Positions 18,762 to 29,877 of a stretch of 64,000 nucleotides of DNA are shown here, piece after piece; the stretch's first letter is position 1; every line of letters begins with the position of its first letter. Both the position numbers and the translations under genes were made by a program. Source of the stretch: a virus (lineage: Duplodnaviria; Caudoviricetes). Where the stretch lies: positions 225 to 64,224 of the IMG/VR virus record IMGVR_UViG_3300045999_008257, one strand, 5' to 3'. The notes below the pieces were generated by a model, which worked only from the letters and a program-made list of their open reading frames with translations, searched no databases and was not told where the DNA came from.

Positions 18762-19193
18762 ATGGCGCAACCTATCAGCTCGTATGAAATTTTCGATCTT
18801 CTTGCTGATGACGAGGAAATCACGGATCTAATCGGAGTGCATCGCCTCCGCGATGGATCCACCAGGCCAGCGCTGGCTCACCTATTCCCGAATGAAGCGA
18901 TTGAGCCTACCACAACAGCCGAAGGTGTTGAAATAATTGTTTACAGGTCACCACAGGGCACGATGACGAGGGTAGCGGAAACAGGGCAAATACAAGTCAT
19001 GCCAACTTTTCGCCTTTCCGTAACACAATGGGAGCCATCTTCTGGGGGATTTAATCAAGATGCTGTAATTAATAGGATTCTTTACTTATTGCCTGGCGCT
19101 AACGCATCAGATGTAACTATAGAAGATCTTACATCAGGACTTCAGCAGCATACAATTACCTGGCTTTGCCATGCGGCGGCGCTCGAAGCATAA
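18762..19193 (+). CDS. Putative tail terminator / minor tail protein
   Basis: Size, beta-rich composition, directly upstream of the tape measure gene. Confidence 0.5.
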   Translation: MAQPISSYEIFDLLADDEEITDLIGVHRLRDGSTRPALAHLFPNEAIEPTTTAEGVEIIVYRSPQGTMTRVAETGQIQVMPTFRLSVTQWEPSSGGFNQDAVINRILYLLPGANASDVTIEDLTSGLQQHTITWLCHAAALEA

Positions 19194-19225
19194 AACGGGA
19201 AAACTAGGCATATTGTAGTCGTCGC

Positions 19226-22200
19226 GTGGCAGATCTTCAGGTTTCATTAGCGTTTCTTCTTGAAAATCAAGAGGAGGTTGCACGCGAGTTAGAGCGTGCT
19301 GGGGGTATTGCTGGTAAGGATTTTGGCGCTGGATTAAGTGAAGGCGCGAAGAAAGCCTTTCAAGATTTAATTGCTCAAGCTGATAAGGCAGCAAAAGATG
19401 CTGGTCTTAAGTTTAATAAAACAAAGTTACAGTTTGAAAGTGCATCTGGAGATATAATACCTAAGCAAACACTGGATCGAATAGGGAAAACGGTTCAGGG
19501 ATTTAATGAAGCCAGGAAATCTGTTGATCTATTTAGGTCCGCAATATCTCAAGCAACAAAGGAAGGCGCTCAAGGATTTAGCCTCTTAGATTCGGCAATT
19601 ACAGGCGCATCAATATCTTTGACAAGCAGGCTGTCTGACGCACTGCTTACGACACTAGGGTCCGTTCGTGGATTAGTAGGTGGCTTTCTTGAGTTAGACT
19701 CGGAAATTAGACTGGCTGCCGCCGCCGCTGGAGAGCAAGGAGGGTATCAAAAGCTCGGCGCTGTTATTGAGAAGGTTGGCATTGAAGCGGCGGGCACATC
19801 GAAACAGGTTGCTGAGCTTGCCACATCGCTTGTTCGAGCTGGTTTTAGCGTGGATGAAGTGGCCAAAGCACTGCCTGGCGTTGTTCGCGGTGCAGAGGCA
19901 ACAGGAACAAGTTTCCAGCAATTTGGAGAGATCACTGGTAATACGCTGAGGGGCTTTGGGTTGGATGTTAAAGAAACGGCTCGTGTTGTCGATGTATTGG
20001 TAAATGCAGCAAATAGCAGCAACGCAAGTATTGAAGGATTAGGTTACACTTTTCAATATGCTGCTCCCATCGCCAAAGCATTGGGGGTGAGCCTAGAGGA
20101 TCTGGCGTCAGCATCGGGGCTAATGGCCAACGCTGGTATTCAGGGCTCCGTGGCTGGCACGGGGCTTAGAACCGCTCTGGAGAAGCTCCAGCAGGCCGCA
20201 GGAGGGGCGTCTCCTGAAGTGATGGGGCTAGCCTGGAATCAAACCAGACTGGTGAGCGCGATGCAAAAAATTGGTGCCACTGTAATTGATACTCAAGGGA
20301 AGCTACTGCCGCTTGAGCAAGTATTTTTACGCCTAAAAGAAGGCCTTGAAAAGCTAAGCCAAGCCGATCAAGTACAGTTATCTAATATTTTGTTTGGTGA
20401 TGAAGCAGGCTCAAAAATGCTTGCCATCACCAACCAAAGCTCAGATGCAATTGTGAAGATGTTTGGCGATATGAAGAATAGCGCTGGCGCAACAGATGTA
20501 GCTAGAACCGCAATGAGCGGCGCAAAACTTGAGATCATGCAACTACAAGGAACTGTAGATGCGCTTGGCAATAAATTAGGGGAAGTCACTGTAATTGGAA
20601 TGAGGCCCCTTGTAGGGGCTGCTAATGCGCTTACGGGGGCCATTGCAGGAATGCCAGGCCCCGTCAAGACCACTGTAGCGGCCTTAATTGTGTTGGCTGG
20701 TGCATCAGCAGCCGCAACGGTTGCGTTAGCAGCGGTAAACGCTGTTGTATCTCAGACCGGAGGATGGACGCTGCTTGCATCTAATGCAAAAAAAGCAGCG
20801 ATTAGCATAGCTTCAATCGGAGGAACTGCGGCAGTTGTTGCAGGTGCTGCCGCTGCCTTTGCTGTATTTACTGGTGCAATAAAAGAAACAGATGAGGCAT
20901 CAAAAGCATTGCTTCAAACCATGGTGGCGCTGGCGGCAACTGTTGGAACATTTAGAACATTGTCTACATTTAAGGTTCCGCCAATCCTTAGCGCTATATT
21001 GAGCCTTGGCGCTGGCATTGCGGCCTATGCTGGAATTGGATCTCAAATCAAGGTAACAAACGACGACATAAAACAGTTAAGTGATGAAACAAAATCACTA
21101 GAAGAAGAGATCTCTGCACTACAAGCACAAGTAGAAGAAAATAAAGAATTGGGTATCAATACTGAATTAGCGGAAAAACGCATTGATAAGCTGTCCACTA
21201 AGCTGCAAGGTTTGAAGGGTCCGCTAGAGATTAAGCTGGATCTGCAAAAAGCAGAAAGCCAGGTAGAAACTTTAAGAAATAAGATCAAATCAAATTGGCA
21301 ACTTGGGGGAGCACCAGCTTTTGGCGGTGCACCATCGAATGCAATAAAAGATCAGTCAATCCCGACGGTTTTTCCGCTAATTCTTCCTTCAATGCTGATG
21401 AAGGATTCTTCTGTTGTGCAAGGGCTGTCGTCAGTGGTGCCAGCTATTTATAGCACAAAGACCGGAAGCGCAGAAGAACCTCTTCAATTGGCTCAACTAG
21501 CAGCGGCAGAAAGACTCCGTGATATATATAAAGAGATTGATCGCGGTGCTGTTGATGACATCATAGGAGAAGCGGCAAAAAGAGATGCTAAAGAGATTGA
21601 AAAGCTAAATAATCAAGTTGATGCGCTAAAGTTAAAGGCAACCAAATTACCGTTAGGAGCAAAAACAGAACGAGCTGAAGTAGATAAAGAGCTTGGTAAT
21701 TTACAGCAAAAAATTGAAGGATTCAAGGCAAGAATCAAAATATCAACCAATGCCGAAGAAATTATGCTTGCCCAAGCAACGGTTGAGCGGCAACTACAAA
21801 ATAGCAATCTAAGTGCACAAGAGCGCGACAACCTGGAAAAAGCATTGTTGACATTAATCAATGAAAAGCTTAATCTGCAAAAGCAAGAAATCGCTAATGC
21901 AATTAAAATAAACAGCCTTACTGCTACTTCCAAAGATCAATCAGCAAAACAGATTGAGTATTACAAAAAGTTAGTCGAAGGGACACGTAATGCAACAAAT
22001 GAACAGCTTGCTGCCGGAAAGATCACCAAATCACAAGCGGCAGAAAATATGCGCATTGTGCAGTTGCAACAGCTAGAAGCCGAGAGGTTAATCAAGCTAC
22101 GTGATATAGCAAATCGCCAAGCAAAAGGGGAGGACGTAAGTTCACTGCGATCACAGCTAAATGATATAAATGAGAAGCGATTACCGCTTATAGAACAAGG

Positions 22201-23653
22201 CAAGCAAGCTGCGATTGAAAAAGAATTGTCTCTTATTCAGGTGCAAAAAGCTGAATACACAGCTATATTGACAGCTCGATTGGCAGAAAAAGATATTACA
22301 ACACAGCAGTATGAAAACGAACTTCGCTATCTTGAGCGCGTTGCACTGGAGAAAGAAAAGGGCTCAAAACAGCGCCAGCTTGCGCTAGTCGATCCAAAGA
22401 CACAAGAAGGATTGGATCTGCGATCACAAATCGCTAATCTAGATAAAGCAATCGCTGAGAATAGGCTTGCTACTGCTAAGGCGGTGAGCGATAAGATCGC
22501 CGCTGAAGTTGATTCGTACTCTAGCTTGCTTGATCTTTCTTCAAGGCGCCTTGACATAGAAAATCAAGGCAGGGATCAGTCAAAGAATAACTATGAACTT
22601 GAAATGCAATTTGTTCAAGCAATCACAGAGCAAGTACGTGCTAGGCAGGATTTGATTAGGTCTGAATTTGATCTACAATCCGCATCGCTAAATGCAAGTA
22701 TTGCTGCGGCAGAATCTGAGCTGTCTTCATTGCAAGGCAGGATGGAGGGAGCGCGATCTGGCGGGGATCGAAGGCAGATAGGAGAAGCTGTTGAGCGACA
22801 AGAAATAAGGATAGCTAACTTAAAAAATGAAGCAGCGGCAAACGCGGTCAGAGCAAAAGAAGCCGAGCTGGCAGGATTGCGTGATCAAGAATATCTTGAA
22901 GTGGCTTCACTTAATCTAAAGCAGCGCATGGCTTTAATTGATCAAGAATCAAGAGTTGCACAGTCAAGATTCTTAAATTATCAAGCTGCTATTGAACTAA
23001 GAAAAACGCTTGCAAAAGCCAAGGATCCAAGCCTAACAGAACAAGAAAGAAAAAACATGGAAGACATGGCTAAACTGCAAGAAGATGCGCTAAACCTTAG
23101 TGCTAAAGATGTTGATTTTCAGTATGCCAAGCTGCAAGCAATCAAGGAAATCAACAAGATTGAGCGCGATACGCTTACGATGAATCAACAAACAAGACGC
23201 AATAATACATACGCTGAACTGCTATCACTAGGCGGCGCTCGTTTTGCTGGTGGTGATGTTGTGCCAAGCAAAAAATATATCATTAACGAATTAGGGACAG
23301 AAGGATTCTTGTCTGAATCTGGTCAGTTTAGCTGGATTAATCAACCGGCCAATTCGCTATGGAAACCGCCTTCTAGAGGTGTCGTGATTCCCGCTAACAT
23401 ATCTGAATACTTGGCTGGTGTTGGCGCCATTCCCGGCGGGGCTAATGGTCGCACTGGGAATAGATCAATGAGGCTAGATCAAATCACCCATTCTATTGGC
23501 GCAACTGGCGGAGTTGTTGATAGTATTACGAGGCAATCCTTGGCAATGGGTAAATTACAAAAAAGCATTGATAAACTTGCGGCCAAGGATTGGACCGTAA
23601 ACGTTCCAGTTCCAAGTAATGCAAGATTGCTACGCACTATTGGAGGTTTCTGA
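19226..23653 (+). CDS. Tail tape measure protein (TP901 family)
   Basis: YAAPIAKALGVSLEDL…GIQGSVAGTGLR core, long coiled coil, C-terminal FAGG…INELGTE. Confidence 0.93.
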   Translation: MADLQVSLAFLLENQEEVARELERAGGIAGKDFGAGLSEGAKKAFQDLIAQADKAAKDAGLKFNKTKLQFESASGDIIPKQTLDRIGKTVQGFNEARKSVDLFRSAISQATKEGAQGFSLLDSAITGASISLTSRLSDALLTTLGSVRGLVGGFLELDSEIRLAAAAAGEQGGYQKLGAVIEKVGIEAAGTSKQVAELATSLVRAGFSVDEVAKALPGVVRGAEATGTSFQQFGEITGNTLRGFGLDVKETARVVDVLVNAANSSNASIEGLGYTFQYAAPIAKALGVSLEDLASASGLMANAGIQGSVAGTGLRTALEKLQQAAGGASPEVMGLAWNQTRLVSAMQKIGATVIDTQGKLLPLEQVFLRLKEGLEKLSQADQVQLSNILFGDEAGSKMLAITNQSSDAIVKMFGDMKNSAGATDVARTAMSGAKLEIMQLQGTVDALGNKLGEVTVIGMRPLVGAANALTGAIAGMPGPVKTTVAALIVLAGASAAATVALAAVNAVVSQTGGWTLLASNAKKAAISIASIGGTAAVVAGAAAAFAVFTGAIKETDEASKALLQTMVALAATVGTFRTLSTFKVPPILSAILSLGAGIAAYAGIGSQIKVTNDDIKQLSDETKSLEEEISALQAQVEENKELGINTELAEKRIDKLSTKLQGLKGPLEIKLDLQKAESQVETLRNKIKSNWQLGGAPAFGGAPSNAIKDQSIPTVFPLILPSMLMKDSSVVQGLSSVVPAIYSTKTGSAEEPLQLAQLAAAERLRDIYKEIDRGAVDDIIGEAAKRDAKEIEKLNNQVDALKLKATKLPLGAKTERAEVDKELGNLQQKIEGFKARIKISTNAEEIMLAQATVERQLQNSNLSAQERDNLEKALLTLINEKLNLQKQEIANAIKINSLTATSKDQSAKQIEYYKKLVEGTRNATNEQLAAGKITKSQAAENMRIVQLQQLEAERLIKLRDIANRQAKGEDVSSLRSQLNDINEKRLPLIEQGKQAAIEKELSLIQVQKAEYTAILTARLAEKDITTQQYENELRYLERVALEKEKGSKQRQLALVDPKTQEGLDLRSQIANLDKAIAENRLATAKAVSDKIAAEVDSYSSLLDLSSRRLDIENQGRDQSKNNYELEMQFVQAITEQVRARQDLIRSEFDLQSASLNASIAAAESELSSLQGRMEGARSGGDRRQIGEAVERQEIRIANLKNEAAANAVRAKEAELAGLRDQEYLEVASLNLKQRMALIDQESRVAQSRFLNYQAAIELRKTLAKAKDPSLTEQERKNMEDMAKLQEDALNLSAKDVDFQYAKLQAIKEINKIERDTLTMNQQTRRNNTYAELLSLGGARFAGGDVVPSKKYIINELGTEGFLSESGQFSWINQPANSLWKPPSRGVVIPANISEYLAGVGAIPGGANGRTGNRSMRLDQITHSIGATGGVVDSITRQSLAMGKLQKSIDKLAAKDWTVNVPVPSNARLLRTIGGF

Positions 23654-24390
23654 TGATTACGATCACTTATTCTGGTCTTACCGCGACCATTCCAGATAGG
23701 ATAACAAGTCTTCCGTTTGGATTTAATGAATCCAATACAAGACGCGGGCGAACCGCTGAAACGCTATCAATAGATGGCTTTATGCTTAGGCAAGAAGCTT
23801 TACCATTGATAGATCTATTCAAAGCATGGAGAAATGCAAAGATTACGGAAGAAGATCCACAAAAAACAGGCGTTGTAGGCGCAACCGTTAGCGTGACCGG
23901 ATCAGGATTAGGTTTTTCCTGGACAAATAAGGCGTGCTGGATTGACAGAGCACCTTCTGTTCAATATGCCGGGATTTTTGTTAAGGTCACCTTTGGACTT
24001 GTTGATGCCAATCAAGCGCTGCAAGTGCTGCTGGAGGAGCGTGATGACGCAGATGAAGATGGTATCAACCTTGGAACGATTACGCTTGGCACGGCTGTTA
24101 TCAATCTGCTTAGCTATCCAAATACCTATGAAGAATTCCCTTCAATTTCTCGTAATTCTGCTGGTATTCATGTGATAACAGGAAAACTAGCTTTGCAAGA
24201 AGTCAAAGAGATTGAGGGATGGGTAAATGAAACAAACAAAAATAATCTTGAAACATGGCTAACTACAACGGTTCCCGTAACACCAGCTCCTAACACATGG
24301 TATCCAGCAAGCTATCAAAAGCCATCCGTAAAGACAAGGTTTGGAAATACTACTTATGATGTAAACTTGAAAATCATTAGGATAGTCTGA
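23653..24390 (+). CDS. Distal tail / minor tail protein
   Basis: Coupled to the tape measure gene (TGATG). Confidence 0.6.
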   Translation: MITITYSGLTATIPDRITSLPFGFNESNTRRGRTAETLSIDGFMLRQEALPLIDLFKAWRNAKITEEDPQKTGVVGATVSVTGSGLGFSWTNKACWIDRAPSVQYAGIFVKVTFGLVDANQALQVLLEERDDADEDGINLGTITLGTAVINLLSYPNTYEEFPSISRNSAGIHVITGKLALQEVKEIEGWVNETNKNNLETWLTTTVPVTPAPNTWYPASYQKPSVKTRFGNTTYDVNLKIIRIV

Positions 24391-27218
24391 TGCCGATTGA
24401 TGCCAGGGCAAGGGCATGGTGCAGTCTAGGCCCCCTATCCACTGAGCCAGTAACGCTATCGGAAACGCATCTGCAGGGCTCAGGAGGGGGTGTTATCAAG
24501 GTCACGGGCACAGTTAATCTTGCCGGCATCGTGCGCCCAACACCAGGAGATGAGGTATATTTTGCGGCAAGCGATGGTCAAAACTGGATTTGTAGATTAC
24601 CACGTAAATTGCGCGTCCTAAATAGCTTTGCTGATCCAATAAGAAACATCACTACCGTAGCCGTTGGGTGTAAGTTTGCATATCTTGAAAATCGCAAAAT
24701 ACCGCTTGTTTATCCTAATGTAATTGATGCCACGCCAGAAATGGAAGAGGAAGCAAGAAGGATTAGGACTCAAGTAATATCAGCCGCCTTTGCTGCTCAA
24801 CATATATTAGATAAACTTGAATTAACCGCCGCTTCTTCAATTCCATTTACAAATTATAGGATTACTGACTGGTGGGATTTAAGCTCAGGATACGTGCAAT
24901 CACTTGCAACAATAGCTGAAGCGGAATGTTACAGATGCAGGTTAAACGAAAATGAGCAAGTTGAATTTATATCTTTAAGGCAAGAAATATCAACTGCACC
25001 ATTGCTTACGGAAAATCAAATCATAGATATAACACCACAAACCGTGGGTGAGTTACCGGCTGAACTTGTATACGCAAAATATCAAAGGACGAGACTCAAA
25101 ACACCACAAAATCAATCGCCCGATGCGGATACAGTTAGAAAGCGAAATTGGGAATTAGATGAATCGTGGAATGTTGAGCAATATATACACACGGGGCCAG
25201 ACGGTGTTGAAAAGGGATCATTTGTGTCTTCGCGCAAGAGTGAATCAGAATATGATGCATGGGATAGGCTTACTAGTCGAACAGAGACAACAATTGGGCT
25301 AACTGGAACGACTATTGCGACAACATCGTATAAGTACGAAGCAGCGCCGCCCAGCAAAAGCCCTAGCGGAGTTGTTTTAACTGATCCAAATCAAGACTAT
25401 ACGGTAGTTAAGGAAGAGTATTATACGCAAAAATCACCGCTAGCAGATATTGCTGGAGCGTGTGGATTTGAAGGTTCATTATCTGAACTTCGATCACTAG
25501 GAACATTTACAAGCTCAAGAAGAGTTACCGAATTTGAGCGTGACAAAACATCAGGCATTACAAAGACTATTACTAGAAATTTCGTTCCATTTTCTAGCAC
25601 ACCATTTGGATCTGATGCAATACAAAAAAGCGCGTTTGATTCTTCTGTTGAAGAGTTGCTAGTTATAGCAAGCGGACTGACTGAATATGGTAGTGAAACC
25701 AATATCAGAACCGAGAGAGAATATGGCTTGAGGCGCAGACCGGGGCAACAGGATCGCAATCGTAGCGCAGATCAGCAGGGGCCACCCACGGTTGAATATA
25801 CGGACTTTGTATGGGATACCGGATCCATAACGAGTCAAACACAGATAGAACTTTCCCCGCCCTATGTGTCGGATGACAGGCTAGTTAGAACTACGGTAAA
25901 CGGAGTGACACAATGGCAGCTTGTGCTATCAGATGCGGCCCAGAAAGCGCTTAGTTATGCTCGAACAGAAAATAGGCTGCTTCTTGGTAATAGAGCTGGC
26001 CCAGGCATTCAACTTCGACTGATTGATGCACCATCTGCGCCATTTGATTTATTTTATATACGAATGAATGGCTGCACCGCTGCTTATCGGGTTAATGGCA
26101 CAACGTGGACAATAGGTGATTCCGGCATTGTTGTGTCTATTGACGCTTTGTTCTGGGGAGCAATTGATGGCAATATAAATAATGCTTGGTTTCCATTGCC
26201 GACTGGTGTTACATCTTTGCCAACACTGAATACAATTTCCACCAATGCCAATCCAAAGCCCGCTAATGCAATAGCGATTCCTCAAGGCTTTAATCCATTT
26301 AATGTTAATCTAAGCGCGTTATTTGCGCTACTTCCTGTCAATCAACCTGCAGTACCAGCGGCAACGCTAAACCCATCCACTATTGTTAAGCCTTACACAG
26401 AAACCTTACCTGTCTCATGCGGAGTTGGTGTTGGGTTGACGTATGAGGCGATGCTGCCCGATCTGCCTGCAACAACTGTTACAGGTGGTGTTACCGTTGG
26501 TGCAATGTATGCCTTTAGACATGAATCCGCACGAATTACGGCTGGCGTTGAAGTTGGCGTAATGTTAGCGGGTGAAACAGTATCAACGCTGCTATTTTTG
26601 CTTCAAATGACCGGGAGCAATGGAAGCACTGTGTTCACTGATTTAAGCGCAAATGAGATACCTGTAACTGCCTATGGCAACGCGCAAATCAATAGCAATG
26701 AGCTGTTATTAGACGGCAATGGTGATTATATTGTGGCAAATAGTTCTTTGCTGGCACTGCCGGGCGGAGAATCGGGAGCGTGGACAATTGAAGGGTTTGT
26801 TACTCCATTTACGGTCCCGTATGGCTGGGATGACTGGGTTAGTGTCTTATCGTTGTCTAGTGATGATATTGATTTTATCTCTCTTAGCATGATAAATGCC
26901 GAGTGGACCGTAGGCGAATATGGCTTTACTAATCCAACTGGAATAACAGCATCTGCCAACACAAAGGTTCACTTTGCTTTTGTCTTTAGCAACTACACAT
27001 TCAAAACATTCATCAATGGATCAATGTGTTCTTTTCTGCTAAACTACTTTGAAGAGTTTAATGGTGCAACAGCTAACAAGCTGGCACTTGGGCGCGTTTT
27101 TGATGATGGTTCCGGCAGTTATGTTGATTTTAATGGTAAGATTGGACCGATAAGGATTACCAGTGAAGCGCTGTACACAGACAGCTTCACTCCACCAACA
27201 TCATTCCCAAATCCTTAA
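24390..27218 (+). CDS. Tail tip/hub protein with a C-terminal LamG/ConA-like domain
   Basis: LLLDGNGDY…WTIEGF…HFAFV…FNGKIGPIRITSEALYT..FTPPT..F. Confidence 0.75.
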   Translation: MPIDARARAWCSLGPLSTEPVTLSETHLQGSGGGVIKVTGTVNLAGIVRPTPGDEVYFAASDGQNWICRLPRKLRVLNSFADPIRNITTVAVGCKFAYLENRKIPLVYPNVIDATPEMEEEARRIRTQVISAAFAAQHILDKLELTAASSIPFTNYRITDWWDLSSGYVQSLATIAEAECYRCRLNENEQVEFISLRQEISTAPLLTENQIIDITPQTVGELPAELVYAKYQRTRLKTPQNQSPDADTVRKRNWELDESWNVEQYIHTGPDGVEKGSFVSSRKSESEYDAWDRLTSRTETTIGLTGTTIATTSYKYEAAPPSKSPSGVVLTDPNQDYTVVKEEYYTQKSPLADIAGACGFEGSLSELRSLGTFTSSRRVTEFERDKTSGITKTITRNFVPFSSTPFGSDAIQKSAFDSSVEELLVIASGLTEYGSETNIRTEREYGLRRRPGQQDRNRSADQQGPPTVEYTDFVWDTGSITSQTQIELSPPYVSDDRLVRTTVNGVTQWQLVLSDAAQKALSYARTENRLLLGNRAGPGIQLRLIDAPSAPFDLFYIRMNGCTAAYRVNGTTWTIGDSGIVVSIDALFWGAIDGNINNAWFPLPTGVTSLPTLNTISTNANPKPANAIAIPQGFNPFNVNLSALFALLPVNQPAVPAATLNPSTIVKPYTETLPVSCGVGVGLTYEAMLPDLPATTVTGGVTVGAMYAFRHESARITAGVEVGVMLAGETVSTLLFLLQMTGSNGSTVFTDLSANEIPVTAYGNAQINSNELLLDGNGDYIVANSSLLALPGGESGAWTIEGFVTPFTVPYGWDDWVSVLSLSSDDIDFISLSMINAEWTVGEYGFTNPTGITASANTKVHFAFVFSNYTFKTFINGSMCSFLLNYFEEFNGATANKLALGRVFDDGSGSYVDFNGKIGPIRITSEALYTDSFTPPTSFPNP

Positions 27219-27246
27219 ACGGGAAAATTAACTAAAAGAATCAATC

Positions 27247-27690
27247 ATGGCATCCATTGCTCAATGCAGCCAATCCGAGTTAGGCAGGGTTTACGAATTA
27301 TCTTATCAAGGGAAACCAGCTAGGTTATGCCTGGCTTTTAATACGGCTTTAACGATTAATTCAACAACAGCGCAATGGGATGCTGTTGAATTAGCATCAG
27401 CCAATGGATATGCAAGGCAATTGTTCACGCCAGCGGCTGGCAGTTATGATAGCGCTATAAATATGTTTAAGTCGCCTGATATTACACTGACATTCACAGC
27501 ATCTGGCGCGGGTTTTTCCTATAATAGGGCTTACCTTGTGCTTGGTACTTTATCTGGGGGTGTTACAACATGGAACACCTACATCAGCTACCTAATTATT
27601 GAACCTGAAACAGTTGCGCTAGCACCTGGCGTTTCTAAGCCTTACGCAATAAACCTGTTGTCAAATGATATAACTGTCAGCCCATTATAA
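27247..27690 (+). CDS. Minor tail protein
   Basis: EL…NGYARQ motif; late motif upstream. Confidence 0.6.
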   Translation: MASIAQCSQSELGRVYELSYQGKPARLCLAFNTALTINSTTAQWDAVELASANGYARQLFTPAAGSYDSAINMFKSPDITLTFTASGAGFSYNRAYLVLGTLSGGVTTWNTYISYLIIEPETVALAPGVSKPYAINLLSNDITVSPL

Positions 27691-28712
27691 TGACAACAAG
27701 AATTGGTATTGACTTGCCGCCTGACCTGCTTGAAGCTGCAAGGATCAGTCAAAGCATTAACAGAAACAGGCTTTTAGGTGGAGAGAGTAGAAATAAAACC
27801 AACACACAAATTCAGCAGCGCATTAGCGTGCTGGATGATGGATTAGTTGAGCCATGGAAAAGTGCGGTACCCGAATACAAACCTCCAGCGATAGCGCTAT
27901 CTGGGGGAGCAAGTCAATTCTCGTTCTGTCTTTTTGTTGAAGAAGTAGAATCTATTGAGACTGTTTTTAATGGAATCAGTCGCTTTTCTGTTTTTCCAAA
28001 AAGATTCCCAAGCATTTATCCTTCTGTGTTTTATAATTTATGGTACTCTAGCCCACCTGACCCAGATCAAGTAACATATCAATATGATTTGCAGATTGAT
28101 TACATTAAAAATGTAAATATCGCTCAATCACCAAAAGAAGCTTTTTTTTCTTTCGAGCTTGATTATACCGAGACTTCATACAGGGCTGGCAATTCATTGG
28201 AAATACCAGTTCATCCTTCGACCGGCGGAATACTTCCTTCGGATGAGCCACTTATTAGATCAGGCTTTACTTTATGGGTCATTATTGGACTACATTCAAA
28301 CAAAGAAAAAAGTTGTTTTGCTTATGAAATGGTTGACTTCTTGGATGGAGATTACTTTCTAGGTGATGTTTACCCAAACATAGATCTTGGTGGAAACGAT
28401 ATTGATTCATGGATATTAGGAAACGATTTTGGTTTTACGGCAAACCCGTCTAATCTTCCGCCAAAACTGCAAGAGATTGAATCAACAGGAAGGCGATATG
28501 CAAGACGTCGATTTCAAGATAATCCTAGAAGTTCTAATGAAATATCTAAATTTTTTGAGATTACATCATTTCAGGCGTTATTTACACTTTCCGCTGGCCT
28601 TTACAGACTTAATTCTGCGCAAGATAAATGGATACTTGAGCCAAGGCTTAATAATTTTTACAGAAAATACACTTATTTTGTTACAACAAAAGACTATGGA
28701 CCAATCGTCTGA
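27690..28712 (+). CDS. Putative structural protein
   Basis: Coupled ORF in the late operon. Confidence 0.55.
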   Translation: MTTRIGIDLPPDLLEAARISQSINRNRLLGGESRNKTNTQIQQRISVLDDGLVEPWKSAVPEYKPPAIALSGGASQFSFCLFVEEVESIETVFNGISRFSVFPKRFPSIYPSVFYNLWYSSPPDPDQVTYQYDLQIDYIKNVNIAQSPKEAFFSFELDYTETSYRAGNSLEIPVHPSTGGILPSDEPLIRSGFTLWVIIGLHSNKEKSCFAYEMVDFLDGDYFLGDVYPNIDLGGNDIDSWILGNDFGFTANPSNLPPKLQEIESTGRRYARRRFQDNPRSSNEISKFFEITSFQALFTLSAGLYRLNSAQDKWILEPRLNNFYRKYTYFVTTKDYGPIV

Positions 28713-28895
28713 TCAATCGCGCTCCGAGCAAGCGACCGAAATGTCTGCCTTGATTGCGCTTGCGAATCGAGCCAAGCTAAAAAAAAGAGAGGACGAAAAC
28801 CGCATTATTGCCGAAGCAGTAAGACAAGCCAAGCTATAGCAATCGGGAAAAATAGATCTGCAACCTATACCGGCTGAGCGATTCACCGGTTTCCC

Positions 28896-29714
28896 ATGAA
28901 AAAATCTTGGTTCAACAAGCTCCCGTTTGCCGAGGATCTGCCTTTTGTCTCTGTTGACACGGATCAGGATGAACAACCGAGTGGAGGAGGTGGTGGTGAT
29001 CCTGATGACATCACCGATGCTACTGAAGACGACAGTGAGCTAGGCGAGGCTGGTACGGCGGCGCTCAGGAAAGAGCGACAGACGCGAAAGGAGCGCGAAC
29101 GTGAATTAGCTCAACTCAAGGAACAGCTTAAAGCTGTTGCAGAAATCAATCCTGAATTATACAAACAAACGCAACAGCGTGCGGACGAGCTTCAACGAGC
29201 ACTTACCGAAAAGGAGCGTGAAACCGCAGAGGCGACAAAACGGATTCGCGAAAAGGCCGATCTTGAGGTTCGCACTGCAAGGCAAGCCGCCGAAGCTGCC
29301 AAGAGAGAGCGCACTGACCTGCTGACTCGATCTAAGGCTCAGGAAATTTTCCGGCTCAATAAGGGCCTTGAGGAGGTTGATTCCGAGTTGGGTCTCACAT
29401 CATTTGAGGCCTATTGGCGTGTGCATGGTCAACACCACTTCAGGTGGGATGACAAGATTAATGATCTTGTTGTCATTGATCGCGATGGAGATCCGATCAC
29501 GGAAGATGGCAAGCCCGTTGATCCGGTTAAGTGGCTCGACTCCGTAGCCGACAAGTCTCCTGTTGTCGCGCAGTATTTCAAATCCAAGGCCGGAGAAGGT
29601 AGCGGCGGAATTCAGGGGGCACGCAATGTGCGCACTGTGACGACAAGGAGCGTGGAGGATTTGAAGAAAATCCGTCCGAGTGATTTGTTAGATATGCACT
29701 ACAGCGGTCGGTAA
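28896..29714 (+). CDS. Capsid scaffolding protein
   Basis: Acidic N-terminus, ALRKERQ coiled coil, GSGG C-terminus, directly before the capsid gene. Confidence 0.8.
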   Translation: MKKSWFNKLPFAEDLPFVSVDTDQDEQPSGGGGGDPDDITDATEDDSELGEAGTAALRKERQTRKERERELAQLKEQLKAVAEINPELYKQTQQRADELQRALTEKERETAEATKRIREKADLEVRTARQAAEAAKRERTDLLTRSKAQEIFRLNKGLEEVDSELGLTSFEAYWRVHGQHHFRWDDKINDLVVIDRDGDPITEDGKPVDPVKWLDSVADKSPVVAQYFKSKAGEGSGGIQGARNVRTVTTRSVEDLKKIRPSDLLDMHYSGR

Positions 29715-29735
29715 TAACTATTGACCGGGAAAACT

Positions 29736-29840
29736 GCGGATAGGTTAGGCGCGATGCCAAATCTATCCGCTTTTTGATGCGACATCAGAGAGCTTTTGTG
29801 ATTGCAGTATTCAATGGCGCGATGCCAGTGAAGATCGCAA
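29736..29840 (+). ncRNA. Structured leader of the capsid gene: three hairpins with GCGAY loops
   Basis: Stems at 29736-29770, 29770-29792 and ~29795-29840, paired by hand. Confidence 0.55.
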
Positions 29841-29877
29841 TTTTCGCAACTGGCAACCCTCTCGCTACTTGTAACCA

